Positions 1 through 10,095 of a stretch of 64,000 bases of DNA are shown piece after piece. Location of the stretch: positions 67,841-131,840 of the forward strand of contig JAKBJL010000004.1 in the NCBI GenBank assembly GCA_021836035.1, in the 5' to 3' direction. The number at the start of each line of letters is the position of its first letter. The stretch's first letter is position 1. A program made the position numbers and the translations under genes. Source of the stretch: a bacterium. Lineage in GTDB: Bacteria; Patescibacteriota; Microgenomatia; JAMCZE01. A model generated the notes under the pieces. That model was not told the origin of the DNA, searched no databases, and was given only the letters and a program-made list of their open reading frames with translations.

Positions 1-581
1 TTCAGATAATCTAAATCTAACAGTTTCCGGTAAAGGAAAGCAAGTTTTTCTTTACCTAAAAGTAAACTCTGTTTTTTTATCTTACTTTCCTGCCAGGGAG
101 CTAAGCCTACGGGATGAAGCATTAAGCGGAATTGGCGGACGATCATGAGAAAAATCATTTCCGCTTCGTCTTTCTGCAGACATTCCCCATATAAAGTAAG
201 TATTTGCTTAAGGTTTCCAGGGTAAAGACTGTCGGTCAGTTTAAAAATGGTAGTGGCCAGCTTAAATTCTCGTACCCTTGCCTCCTTTACCGCTTTTAAT
301 ACCGCAGGGGTGAGAGTTTTTTCTTCCCAGAATATGATATCTGTGGTTATTCCCGAGAGGTTAGGAATAGCTTTTGTTGCTTGTTTATTTGCAGAAAAAT
401 AATTTTCGATGATAATAATTTTCTTATCTGCCAGGAGCGAAGTAGAGAAAGCTGCCTGGATCAAATCGGTAGAGGTAAGATTTTTCCCGTCTAGCAATAC
501 AATTTCACTCCCCCTCTCTTTAAAGTCATCGAGCGCTTTTCTGCTGGCGGCAATATTTTCACCGTGAAGAATGGTAATCAT
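1..581 (-). CDS. holA: DNA polymerase III delta subunit-like (HolA). The ATG is at 581..579 and the 3' end runs off the window start.
   Basis: Hand translation of the minus strand gives MITILHGENIAASRKALDDFKERGSEIVLLDGKNL..., which resembles HolA N-terminal regions. The feature is not in the ORF track because it is truncated. Confidence 0.5.
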   Translation of the reverse strand, partial: MITILHGENIAASRKALDDFKERGSEIVLLDGKNLTSTDLIQAAFSTSLLADKKIIIIENYFSANKQATKAIPNLSGITTDIIFWEEKTLTPAVLKAVKEARVREFKLATTIFKLTDSLYPGNLKQILTLYGECLQKDEAEMIFLMIVRQFRLMLHPVGLAPWQESKIKKQSLLLGKEKLAFLYRKLLDLDYL

Positions 582-595
582 GGGAAATTTTTACT

Positions 596-991
596 CTAAG
601 CTTTGAGCTTTAGGCTGTATGCTGATTTATATTTCTCATACATTTTTTCCACATTTTTTCTGTTGATATGCGTTCCCCTATTGCGATGCGATACTAAGGC
701 TCCGGAAAAAGTTTTCGGAATATGCATCAATTCATGGATCAGGGTTTTTTCCTTTTCAGTATCCGGGAGTTTATCAAAATGTTCCGCGAGAACCTCAATA
801 ATATACCGGGGCTTAATGTGCAGAGCCAACTGCCAGGGCTTAGGAAGGCTCCATATGCGTGCGATGGCCAGGGAACTGGAACCGAAACCGCGCATAAAAA
901 CCAAATCATTGCTTTTAACATGCGGGAATATTCGCGTTTTTATTATTTTAGTGGCTAATCTCTTAATGTCGGGAGCGTTTTGCCATTGCAT
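596..991 (-). CDS. Small putative zinc metallopeptidase with an HExxH motif.
   Basis: 131-aa ORF carrying the LIHELMHIP (HExxH) motif. The exact family is unclear. Confidence 0.4.
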   Translation of the reverse strand: MQWQNAPDIKRLATKIIKTRIFPHVKSNDLVFMRGFGSSSLAIARIWSLPKPWQLALHIKPRYIIEVLAEHFDKLPDTEKEKTLIHELMHIPKTFSGALVSHRNRGTHINRKNVEKMYEKYKSAYSLKLKA

Positions 992-993
992 GG

Positions 994-2127
994 TTAATTA
1001 GGTAAAAAAGTACGCAACATTGATTCTAGGAGAGAAAAAAGCGAGAGAATTGGCAAATCGGTATTGGCCCTTGCCGCACTTGATTTGTTTCCCGGCCCGA
1101 GATTATAAGAGCGGGTTGGGGTTTTGTCCTGTAGCGGCTGCCCTTTAACCTTGGAAATATTCATGATCTCTCTGGCAAATGTTTTCCAGTTACCGCTGTT
1201 GTCCAGGAAACTAAAATCCCGGAAGGCTCCTTCCTGGGCGTTCAGGATAAAAGGAGTAATTGCGACAATATTGGAATCATTCCAAATATTATTAAAAGAT
1301 TGGAGATAAAATTTATTGCTATATTGATCCCCTATTAAATTAATTTTCCAACCGGCTTCGGTAATAAAGACCGGTAATTTATCCGCTCCCAGTTTTTCCA
1401 GGTAGCGCTCCTCAAAACGATAGCTGGCTACCGAAACGGGGCTATAGATATTGGGGGAGCTGGTAAAAGCGGGATTACCGTAAGCATGAGAGGAAAAACC
1501 GTCAACTTTCTTAAAAATACCCGGGACAGCGGCATTCATCAGACGGAAATAACTATATTCATCCAACGAAGTATCCGAGCTGGGGGCGGAAGCATCCATA
1601 CCGGCGGAAATGACAAAATAATCCGGGTTTTCCTGATGGAATATTTCAATGGCGCGGTCCAGAACTTTAGCATATTCTTCGGGGTAGACGAATCCGCCCC
1701 ACTCGCTATCATGATTAGGTTCGTTATAAACGATAATATAACGATTTTTTACCGGCCAGGGAAGTTCTTCTAAAAAATTGGCAAAATCCACCAGGTCGTA
1801 TTCGTTAGGCGCCATCCAGTGATCATCTACCGGGAAAGAAGCAATCCGTAATATAGGTATAAGATGCAGCCTTTTGGCTTCTTCCATGAACTTGGACCAT
1901 TTTAAAAGATCGCGGTCGTTTGCCCTGATTGGGATGGTCACATAGCCCCAATCGCCGCCACCGGAATTTGCCAACTCTGCGGCTTTTTGTATTTCGGAAG
2001 TATCTAAAATATGAATCCCGAACTTATTGTTGGGAACCGAAAGCGGATCATATATCGCGAAAGTAGGTCTGGGAAGAAAAATAAAAAATGAAAAACAAAG
2101 AACAAAAAATTGCAGGAAATATTTCAC
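994..2127 (-). CDS. Secreted glycoside hydrolase, clan GH-A (GH5-like).
   Basis: N-terminal signal peptide. VYNEPN and ITEAGW motifs are typical of the catalytic glutamates of GH-A enzymes. Confidence 0.5.
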   Translation of the reverse strand: MKYFLQFFVLCFSFFIFLPRPTFAIYDPLSVPNNKFGIHILDTSEIQKAAELANSGGGDWGYVTIPIRANDRDLLKWSKFMEEAKRLHLIPILRIASFPVDDHWMAPNEYDLVDFANFLEELPWPVKNRYIIVYNEPNHDSEWGGFVYPEEYAKVLDRAIEIFHQENPDYFVISAGMDASAPSSDTSLDEYSYFRLMNAAVPGIFKKVDGFSSHAYGNPAFTSSPNIYSPVSVASYRFEERYLEKLGADKLPVFITEAGWKINLIGDQYSNKFYLQSFNNIWNDSNIVAITPFILNAQEGAFRDFSFLDNSGNWKTFAREIMNISKVKGQPLQDKTPTRSYNLGPGNKSSAARANTDLPILSLFSLLESMLRTFLPN

Positions 2128-2134
2128 CAGTGAA

Positions 2135-3958
2135 TTATACTAAACCGCGGGCAATTCTTTTGGCCTCAACTTCGTCCAATATTTTTTTACGAAGACGGAT
2201 ATTTTGCGGTGTAACTTCTACCAGCTCATCATCGGCTATATATTCCAGGGCGTCCTCTAAACCCATAATTTTAGGGCTATTGAAATGTTCACTAACCCCT
2301 TCCCCTTTAGAACGGTGATTAGTTAATTGCTTTTCTTTACACACGTTAATACTGAGATCGCCGGCACGGGAATTTTGACCGACAACCTGTCCTTTATACA
2401 CATTTGTTCCGGGTCCGATAAATAGCTCCCCCCTGTCCTGGACATTAATAAGTCCATATAATAAGCTGGTTCCGGATTCATGGGCCAAAAGAGACCCCTG
2501 CTCCCGTTCGTGCCAGTAATCAAAATCCGGACCGTAATGAGAAAACAGGGTATTTATTATTCCCAGGCCACGGGTATCAGTAATAAATTCGCTGCGGTAG
2601 CCAAAAAGTCCACGAGTAGGAATTATAAATTCCAGATACACGGTCTCATTTTCCGTGCGCATGTCTTTTAGCTCACCATGACGGACACCCATTTTTTGCA
2701 TGATTATGCCGCTATATTCTCGGGGTGCTTCCAGGTATACCAGTTCATAAGGTACCTGCTTTTTGCCGTTTATTTCCTGGGTAATAACCTGCGGACGGGA
2801 AACTTGAAATTCATACCCTTCACGGCGGAGTCTTTCAATAAGGATCGCCAAATGTAATTCTCCTCTTCCGGAAACATTCCAGCTCCCATCGGTATTATCC
2901 ATAACTTTTAAAGCCATATCCGTTTCTAATTCTTTGTATAAACGCTCCCGGATCTGACGGGAAGTGGAAAACTTGCCTTCTTTACCGGCAAAAGGCGAGG
3001 TATTAATACTGAAATTCATTTTTACGGTTGGTTGTTCAACATCAAGTAAGGGTAAAGCTACGGGATTAACCGGATCGGCAATAGTTTCTCCCAGGTTAAT
3101 ATCTGGGATACCGGCTAAGGCCACAATGTCACCGGCACAGGCTTCGGAAATATCCCGGCGCCCCAATCCTTCATAGGTCATCAATGCCGTAAGGCGGTAT
3201 TTTTTTTGTTCCCCCAGGCGATTAATATGCGTTATTTCCTGTCCCGCCTTTATCCTTCCCTGGTAAATTTTTCCGGTAGCGACACGCCCCTTGAAATTAT
3301 CACCCTTAATCGTGGTTACCAAAATTTGTAGAGGTTTCTCGGGGTCTCCGAAGGGTGCGGGAATCTCTTTAACAATAGCGTCAAAAATAGGGGTAATATC
3401 CATCATTTTTTCCGGATCAGCATCTTTATGGGCTTTTCCCTCTTTGCCGACAGCGTAAATTACCGGGAAGAATGCTGTTTCTTCATTAGCTCCCAACTCT
3501 ACAAAAAGATCAAACGTTTTTCCCAGGACATATTCCGGTCGGGCGTCCTTTTTATCCACTTTATTAATCACCACAATGATTTTTAACCCCAACTCCAAAG
3601 CTTTTTTCAAAACAAAGCGGGTTTGTGGCATAGGCCCTTCTTTAGCGTCTACTAAAAGCAAAGCCCCGTCAGCCATCCGAAGAACTCTTTCTACTTCTCC
3701 GCCGAAATCCGCATGTCCGGGGGTATCGATAATATTGATTTTAACCGGAGATCCCGTAGGGGGGGTCCAGATTACGGAAGCATTCTTGGAAAATATGGTA
3801 ATACCCCGTTCCCGCTCCAGCTCATTACTGTCCAGGATCTGATCGGTATTAACCAGATCTTTCCCCAGCTGAGTCTTGGTTTGCCGCAAAAGAGCATCCA
3901 CTAAAGTGGTTTTACCGTGATCGACGTGAGCGATGATTGCCACATTTCTGATGTCCAT
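2135..3958 (-). CDS. typA: Translational GTPase TypA/BipA.
   Basis: AIIAHVDHGKTTLVD G1 motif, DTPGHADF motif, and an EF-G-like domain order. 607 aa. Confidence 0.9.
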   Translation of the reverse strand: MDIRNVAIIAHVDHGKTTLVDALLRQTKTQLGKDLVNTDQILDSNELERERGITIFSKNASVIWTPPTGSPVKINIIDTPGHADFGGEVERVLRMADGALLLVDAKEGPMPQTRFVLKKALELGLKIIVVINKVDKKDARPEYVLGKTFDLFVELGANEETAFFPVIYAVGKEGKAHKDADPEKMMDITPIFDAIVKEIPAPFGDPEKPLQILVTTIKGDNFKGRVATGKIYQGRIKAGQEITHINRLGEQKKYRLTALMTYEGLGRRDISEACAGDIVALAGIPDINLGETIADPVNPVALPLLDVEQPTVKMNFSINTSPFAGKEGKFSTSRQIRERLYKELETDMALKVMDNTDGSWNVSGRGELHLAILIERLRREGYEFQVSRPQVITQEINGKKQVPYELVYLEAPREYSGIIMQKMGVRHGELKDMRTENETVYLEFIIPTRGLFGYRSEFITDTRGLGIINTLFSHYGPDFDYWHEREQGSLLAHESGTSLLYGLINVQDRGELFIGPGTNVYKGQVVGQNSRAGDLSINVCKEKQLTNHRSKGEGVSEHFNSPKIMGLEDALEYIADDELVEVTPQNIRLRKKILDEVEAKRIARGLV

Positions 3959-3997
3959 AAAAGTAGCCCTCCTTCGCGGAAACTACGGAGGGCAAAG

Positions 3998-4071
3998 TAG
4001 CGAGTACGGGATTCGAACCCGTGATCTGGAGAGTGAAAATCTCCTGTCCTGGGCCACTAGACGAACTCGCC
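3998..4071 (-). tRNA. tRNA-Glu (anticodon TTC).
   Basis: Cloverleaf folded by hand on the reverse complement. Acceptor GGCGAGT/ACTCGCT, anticodon loop TTTTCAC, T-arm ACGGG-TTCGAAT-CCCGT. Confidence 0.8.
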
Positions 4072-4484
4072 CTCTTTTTGTTAGATAGCGTTATTTTAGC
4101 ATAAAAAGCCGACCGAAGGTTAATTTATCGGGGAATTGCCAAATTCGGGGGAAATTAAGAAAGGTGTTTATGGTTAGGGGGCTATGAGGCTACGGTCCAG
4201 TTTTACCGCTCCGAATCCGGCGAAAACGATTCCGGGGTTCAAGCTGAAAGCCCGGCGAACGCTGGTTTCCATATCTCCCTCTTCGTATTCTTCCCATTTT
4301 TCTTTCCGCCAGTCTTTCCTCCCTTCCTTTTTTTCCTCCTGGTCCTCCCACCATTCCTTTTCGTGTGTTTGGTTATCGTCATTCATACCTTTTTAGTTAA
4401 GCAAAGGTTTGTATAACATAAATCAGGGCTGGGAAAGAAAAATGTAAACAAATACTAGAAAACTCTAATTTATATAGGTTATAA

Positions 4485-5093
4485 TTGGAATCACGCCCTA
4501 TAGAAAACATGTTATCTAGGGAAAAATTAACCAGGAGACAAAGGTTTAATTTAATTAATCGGTTTAGGTTATTAAAAAATTTGGATAGCCGAACGGCAAT
4601 AGATTTGCCTCGACAAAAAAGAAAATATCTCCGGTTTACCCGCGAATTAGGCGACAGTTCCGAAAGTAGAGTAAAAGGAATATTGGAAAATATTCACGGC
4701 ATTTGTGAAGTGCAATTTACTAAGAGATATAGCCATCGCGATCGCGCGGGTATCGATCTGGTTGCTTTTATGGATCGTACAATTGCCGAGAATGGAATTA
4801 GGGAGGTTAATATCCAGGTGGTATCCAGTTTTTCTGGGGCCGATTATTTTCGCCGGGAAAATTGCGAAGCGCAAAGATATAAGTATCCCCTCAATATGAT
4901 CAATATCGATTATTGGCTTTATATAAATCGAATGATAATTCTAAATGGTCAGGAAAGCCCTGAATATATCCGCAAATGCTTCTGGATAGAATTCGAAAAT
5001 ATTACCAATGCCAAACATTTGACGGAATTTATTGACCGGTTAGAATTTAACGGAGAAAAAACAAGAGAATATAGAGTTAAAACAAATAATTAA
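4485..5093 (+). CDS. Hypothetical protein flanked by two tRNA genes.
   Basis: 202-aa ORF with normal codon usage and no recognisable motifs. Confidence 0.45.
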   Translation: MESRPIENMLSREKLTRRQRFNLINRFRLLKNLDSRTAIDLPRQKRKYLRFTRELGDSSESRVKGILENIHGICEVQFTKRYSHRDRAGIDLVAFMDRTIAENGIREVNIQVVSSFSGADYFRRENCEAQRYKYPLNMINIDYWLYINRMIILNGQESPEYIRKCFWIEFENITNAKHLTEFIDRLEFNGEKTREYRVKTNN

Positions 5094-5143
5094 TCGCCAA
5101 CCGCATGGACAAACTAGGTTTTCCGATATTGAGCTAAACCCGG

Positions 5144-5215
5144 TGACCCGACAGGGATTCGAACCCTGGACCAAGAGCTTAAAAGGCTCCTGCTCTACCA
5201 CTGAGCTATCGGGCC
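5144..5215 (-). tRNA. tRNA-Lys (anticodon TTT).
   Basis: Reverse complement GGCCCGATAGCTCAGTGGTAGAGCAGGAGCCTTTTAAGCTCTTGGTCCAGGGTTCGAATCCCTGTCGGGTCA. Anticodon loop CTTTTAA. Confidence 0.8.
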
Positions 5216-5344
5216 GAGATAACTAAAACCCCAATTGTTTATGGCTTTATTATACGCTACTGCCTAGACCCGATCAACCCAAATATAGTTAAGAAATGAG
5301 GCATCGAATGAACATGACTAAGGAGGCTTTTAGGTAGTTATTAG

Positions 5345-5602
5345 TTAAATTATTCTTCTTCGTTTATCCGCAATCCTATTTTGATTAACGATTGCTTTCA
5401 AACGAACTGTGAGGGCCGCCTCTTTTTTTAAGGGAGTATTAGCAAATTTGGGTCTGCCGGTTCCGTCAGGGAGGAATAATCCCTCCGGGCTCAGAAGATC
5501 TAGTGCTACCTGTCCGGGCGGGTTACGGTAATTCCTGGCGATTTTCAAAATTTCTTCCTGAAAAATGTTTATTGTTTCCCTTCGATTCATTAAGCACATC
5601 AT
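5345..5602 (-). CDS. Small hypothetical protein.
   Basis: 85-aa ORF between tRNA-Lys and rplS. No motif recognised. Confidence 0.25.
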   Translation of the reverse strand: MMCLMNRRETINIFQEEILKIARNYRNPPGQVALDLLSPEGLFLPDGTGRPKFANTPLKKEAALTVRLKAIVNQNRIADKRRRII

Positions 5603-5755
5603 AATCGAAATCGTTTTAAAGTCAAGCCCGGGTAAATTTAAAGGGAAATATTTTCTAAATGCTTAAAAGATTTAAGAGTCTCGTCGGGGGAAAGTGAGAC
5701 AGAAATAAAATCAATTTGTGGTGAAAAAGGGCAAAAAGAAGATTGTTAGTCGCAA

Positions 5756-6082
5756 TTACAACTGGACGCCGCCCGCGGATTTGGCTTTAAGATTGCGCAG
5801 ATAATAGAGTTTTGCTTTTCTGATTTTGGCTGCTTTCCTTTTAACCTCTATTTTTTCAATCCAGGGAGAATTTAAAGGCCAAATACGTTCCACACCGACT
5901 TTATCGGCGGAAATTTTCCGGACCGTAAAACTTTTCCCGTTTCCGCTATTTTTAATAGCGATAACGATCCCTTCAAAAATTTGGGAGCGGGTTTTAACAT
6001 TCTCACCGGCTTTGTCGGCGGCTTCGTCAAGAATTTTTTGATGTACCCGGATGATGTCCCCTACTCGGAATTGCGGTTCCAT
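5756..6082 (-). CDS. rplS: 50S ribosomal protein L19.
   Basis: VGDIIRV...[12 protein letters not shown]...[26 protein letters not shown] is the classic L19 signature. Confidence 0.9.
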   Translation of the reverse strand: MEPQFRVGDIIRVHQKILDEAADKAGENVKTRSQIFEGIVIAIKNSGNGKSFTVRKISADKVGVERIWPLNSPWIEKIEVKRKAAKIRKAKLYYLRNLKAKSAGGVQL

Positions 6083-6091
6083 ATGCGAATT

Positions 6092-9000
6092 TTAACTTAT
6101 TTTACGTGCTTTCTCAACTATTAAGGAAATCCGTTCGTCACGGTTATCGACTTTTCCGGTACAGACAAGAACGCAATTTTCCTGCCAATATTCAGCCTTG
6201 CCGTTTTCTTTATAAAGTTTCGGGAAAATAACGCAGTCTATTTTCGTTCCGTCCTTTCCCTGAATAGTAATAAAAGCCATCTCTTCATTGCTTTTACGGG
6301 TGAATACTTTTCGGATACCGACAACGATTCCGCCGACGGTAACGGTTTTTCCTAGGTGCATTTCTACGTTTAGTTCAGCAATATCATAATCAACTTCAGT
6401 GCTCAATTTTTCTAGAGCCTTTTGGAGCGGATGTTCTGTAAGGTAAAATCCCAAGTATTCACGCTCAAAAGCCAATAACTCCGTTTTTTCCAGTTCGGGC
6501 ATTTCCGGCAGATCAAAAACAGAATATCCTATGGCTTGACTTCCCGCTTCTTCCTCTCCGTTTTCAAAAAGACCAGTCTGGCCGCTGCTGATCTGCTTGG
6601 CTAGTTTGTGTGATTCGATGATCAGTTTGTCCAGAGACGCAAGCATCGCCGACCTTTTACCAAAAGCATCCATGGCCCCAGCCTTGATAAGGCTTTCCAA
6701 GGTTTTACGATTCACTTTCTGTAAATCTACCCGGCGGGCGAAATCGGAAAGTGATCGGAATTTACCACCGGAACTACGTGCCCCCAGTATGCTTTCGATA
6801 GCCGCGGCGCCGACATTTTTTATAGCCGAGAGACCGAAGAGGATGGATTTTCCTTCGATAGTAAATTCTACTGCGGACTTGTTAATATCCGGGGGCATAA
6901 CGGGTATTTCCATCCGTCGGCATTCTTCAATGCACATCTGTATTTTTTCGTCTTTGGTGTCCCCGGTATTTCCTCGGGATTCCGCAGTCAGCATAGCGGT
7001 CATAAATTCGACCGGGAAATGCAATTTCATGTAGGCGGTTTGGTAAGCGATTAAGCCGTATGAAGCGCTATGAGCTTTGTTAAAACCGTAGGAGGCAAAT
7101 TTTTCGATTAAAGCGAAAAGCTTTTCGGATAAGCTTTCGGAGTATCCCCTTTGGGAAAGTCCCTCTTTGAATTTCAGACCTTCCTTTTTCATCAGCTCCG
7201 GAAGCTTTTTTCCCATCGCTTTGCGGAAGCCGTCTGCTTCCGCCATCGTATAACCGGCCATTTGGTGGGCAATTTCCATTACTTGTTCTTGGTAAATAAT
7301 TAAGCCGTAGGTTTCTTCCAGGATAGTTTTAAGGTCCTTATGCAGGTAGATGACCTCTTGCGGATTATTTTTGCGGCGGATGAATTCCGGAATAATTTCC
7401 ATCGGTCCCGGTCGGTAAAGGGCAACCATAGCGCCGAGATCGTAAATTACCGAAGGTTTCAGTTCTTTGGCCAGCTTACGCATCCCTGAGGACTCCAATT
7501 GGAATACTCCCGTGGTGTCCCCTTTGGAAATCATCTTATAAACGGCTTTGTCGTCCAGGGGAATTTTATCCAGGTAGACTTCGATGCTCTGATTTACTTT
7601 AACAAATTTTACGGCTTGTTCTAAGATGGTTAAGTTGCGAAGCCCCAGAAAATCCATTTTTAGAAGTCCCACGGCGTGTTTACTGGCGTTAAGATCCAAA
7701 GAATACATATCGTATTGGGTGATAATTTTTCCTCCCCGGGGATCCCTTTGGAGAGGGGTGTATTCCGTTAGATCTTTATCGGCGATAACAACACCGGCGG
7801 CGTGAACTGAGGCGTGTCGGGCAACGCCTTCCATTTTTTTGGCCAAATCCACAATTTTTTTAGTATCCGGTTCGGCTTCATAAGCAGACGCCAGTTCTGG
7901 ACTTAACTGTAAAGCCTTTTCTAAAGTCATGGGAAAACCCTGACTGCCCTGAGGGATAATTTTAGAGAGGCGATCACCGACGGAATAAGGATATCCCAAG
8001 GCCCGGGCAACATCCCGGACTGCGGCGCGAGCCTCCATTGTTCCGAAAGTAACGATTTGGGCCACCTTGTTTTCACCGTATTTTTGTTTAACATAATCGA
8101 TAACTCTTTCCCGGCTGGCATCTGCTAGATCCATATCAATATCGGGAGGCGATGGTCTTTCGGCATGTAAAAATCTTTCAAAGGGTAATTTATAAACGAG
8201 TGGATCAAGCGTCGATATCCCTAATATGTAAGAAACAATAGAACCGGCGGCAGATCCCCGGGTATTCCGGGTGATGCCGTGATCCAGGGCCCAGTTGGCA
8301 AAATCGGCTACAATCAGGAAATAGGAGGCGTAGCCCATTTTCTTAATGATGCCCAATTCGTGCCGTATCCTTTCCTCAACCTCGGTAGTTTTTGCGGAAT
8401 AACGATTGGGCAGCCTTTCCCAAATCAATTTTTCCAGGTAGCTGTCGGCCGTTTCCCCGTCGGGGAGCGGAAACGGAGGGAAAATGTATTTATCCATCAG
8501 TATGTCAATATCCACCTTTTCGGCTATCCGGAGAGTATTTTCCAAAGCATCCGGATAGCGGGCAAAAGCGCGGGACATTTCCTCGGGGCTTTTAAAATAA
8601 AAATCGGGGAAATCAATCATGGTTAAGGGTCGATTTTTATCCAGCCAGGTTTTTTGGGTCTGAATGCAAAGCAAAGTTTCCTGGGCCTCTGCGTCATCTT
8701 TATTGGTATAGTGGGAATCGTTGGTAGCAATAAGGGGGATACCAAACTCCCGGGACATTTTCGCAATTCCCTCGTAAGTCTCGTTGTCCTGGTCCATTCC
8801 GGGATGGTGCTGAATTTCCAGATAAAAATTATCGTGGCCGAATGTTTCTTCCAAGCGTTTGATTGTTTCCTCGGCCTTTTTCCGTTCCCCCCTTTTTATC
8901 AATTGACCGACCAATCCCCCGACGCAGGCAGTGCTACAGATAATCCCTTCATGGTGCTTTTCTAAAACTTCCCAATCGAGGCGCGGTTTATAATAAAAAC

Positions 9001-9337
9001 CCTCCAGATGGGCAATGGTGGAGATTTTCATCAGGTTTTTATAACCGGTGTAGTTTTTGGCCAAAAGAAGAAGGTGGTATTGATCCTTATCCTGACCGGG
9101 TTGTTTATCATGGCGACTTCTTTCTGCCTGGTAGGCTTCCAGGCCGATTATCGGTTTTATTCCTGCCTCTTTAGCGGCTAAATAGAATTTAATTGCCCCG
9201 TACATCGCTCCATGATCGGTAACGGCTACTGCTGGCATTTCATATTCTTTACATTTGGTCAAGAGGTCTTTAACTCGGGTTAAACCGTCGAGTAAGGAGT
9301 ATTCGGTATGGGTATGCAAAGAGACATAACCGGACAT
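6092..9337 (-). CDS. dnaE: DNA polymerase III alpha subunit, compact form (1081 aa) ending at the OB fold.
   Basis: N-terminal PHP domain HTHTEYSLLDG. Polymerase core and fingers motifs are present. The gene lies directly downstream of lexA. Confidence 0.9.
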   Translation of the reverse strand: MSGYVSLHTHTEYSLLDGLTRVKDLLTKCKEYEMPAVAVTDHGAMYGAIKFYLAAKEAGIKPIIGLEAYQAERSRHDKQPGQDKDQYHLLLLAKNYTGYKNLMKISTIAHLEGFYYKPRLDWEVLEKHHEGIICSTACVGGLVGQLIKRGERKKAEETIKRLEETFGHDNFYLEIQHHPGMDQDNETYEGIAKMSREFGIPLIATNDSHYTNKDDAEAQETLLCIQTQKTWLDKNRPLTMIDFPDFYFKSPEEMSRAFARYPDALENTLRIAEKVDIDILMDKYIFPPFPLPDGETADSYLEKLIWERLPNRYSAKTTEVEERIRHELGIIKKMGYASYFLIVADFANWALDHGITRNTRGSAAGSIVSYILGISTLDPLVYKLPFERFLHAERPSPPDIDMDLADASRERVIDYVKQKYGENKVAQIVTFGTMEARAAVRDVARALGYPYSVGDRLSKIIPQGSQGFPMTLEKALQLSPELASAYEAEPDTKKIVDLAKKMEGVARHASVHAAGVVIADKDLTEYTPLQRDPRGGKIITQYDMYSLDLNASKHAVGLLKMDFLGLRNLTILEQAVKFVKVNQSIEVYLDKIPLDDKAVYKMISKGDTTGVFQLESSGMRKLAKELKPSVIYDLGAMVALYRPGPMEIIPEFIRRKNNPQEVIYLHKDLKTILEETYGLIIYQEQVMEIAHQMAGYTMAEADGFRKAMGKKLPELMKKEGLKFKEGLSQRGYSESLSEKLFALIEKFASYGFNKAHSASYGLIAYQTAYMKLHFPVEFMTAMLTAESRGNTGDTKDEKIQMCIEECRRMEIPVMPPDINKSAVEFTIEGKSILFGLSAIKNVGAAAIESILGARSSGGKFRSLSDFARRVDLQKVNRKTLESLIKAGAMDAFGKRSAMLASLDKLIIESHKLAKQISSGQTGLFENGEEEAGSQAIGYSVFDLPEMPELEKTELLAFEREYLGFYLTEHPLQKALEKLSTEVDYDIAELNVEMHLGKTVTVGGIVVGIRKVFTRKSNEEMAFITIQGKDGTKIDCVIFPKLYKENGKAEYWQENCVLVCTGKVDNRDERISLIVEKARKIS

Positions 9338-9374
9338 CGACTTTTAATTTAACACTTGAGGCAAACCAACTCAA

Positions 9375-10001
9375 CTAGGAGTATTTTCTTATTAAAGCGA
9401 CCATTTTCCCCTGTACCTGGACCTCGTCGGCATAGATCGGCTCCATTTTGGCATTGGCGGGAGCCAGTTTAATCCGACCACCCTCATGAAACAATCTCTT
9501 TAGAGTAGCTAATCCGTTTTCTAATAAAGCCACAACTATTTCTCCGTCGGTAGCCACTTCCTGTTTGACAATAATCACAAAATCACCGTCAAAAATACCG
9601 TCATCGATCATAGAATCCCCCTTAACCTGCAAAACATAAGCACTTTTTCCGTTGGGGAGTAGTGAGCTGGGTACCCGGAAGGTTGCGTGAGGGTCTGTAT
9701 GCGGCTCTAGGGGTTTACCGGCGGCTATATAGCCTAAAAGAGGTAGTTCTTCGGAAATGCCCGGGCTGGCGTCAATAGAGGTAATTTCCTGAGCGATCTC
9801 AATGCCGCGCATTTGCCCTTTGGTTCGGCGCAAAACCCCCTTGCGTTCCAGGATTTCCAAATGTTCATAAATAGTTGCCGGAGAGGTAACGCCCATTGCT
9901 TTGCAGATTTCTCCCAATGTCGGGGAGTAGCCGTAGCGTTTGATAAAATTACTGATGAACTCCAGAATTTGCCTCTGTCTTTTATATAATATAAGAGCCA
10001 T
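9375..10001 (-). CDS. lexA: LexA repressor (S24 peptidase).
   Basis: Winged-helix N-terminus. The cleavage-site region AAGKPLEPH and the S24 catalytic region VKGDSMIDDGIFDGDFVIIVKQ are present. Confidence 0.9.
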   Translation of the reverse strand: MALILYKRQRQILEFISNFIKRYGYSPTLGEICKAMGVTSPATIYEHLEILERKGVLRRTKGQMRGIEIAQEITSIDASPGISEELPLLGYIAAGKPLEPHTDPHATFRVPSSLLPNGKSAYVLQVKGDSMIDDGIFDGDFVIIVKQEVATDGEIVVALLENGLATLKRLFHEGGRIKLAPANAKMEPIYADEVQVQGKMVALIRKYS

Positions 10002-10003
10002 AA

Positions 10004-10020
10004 GTTGATATTATATTAAC
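10004..10020. promoter_or_regulatory. Imperfect palindrome GTTGATATTATATTAAC, a candidate LexA operator in the lexA/uvrB divergent intergenic region.
   Basis: 14 of 17 positions are self-complementary. It sits 3 nt upstream of the lexA ATG, in the 94-bp intergenic region shared with uvrB. Confidence 0.25.
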
Positions 10021-10095
10021 CAAAGAAAAGGCAAATTGTCAACCCCGATCAAATATCATCAAAGTAGATAGGTCCCGATCGTTATTGGGGTAAAA

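Noticed and set aside
603-1001. 132-aa plus-strand ORF, and the other antisense ORFs listed inside typA, dnaE, uvrA, uvrB, the 909-aa gene and the SNF2-MTase gene.
   Set aside because: Each lies antisense to or embedded in a long ORF with clear homology-type motifs. These are typical spurious six-frame ORFs.
4174-4396. Two overlapping 70-aa ORFs with KEKWEE-type low complexity.
   Set aside because: The reading frames run through a simple purine/pyrimidine-rich tract. Both strands are open and there are no conserved motifs.
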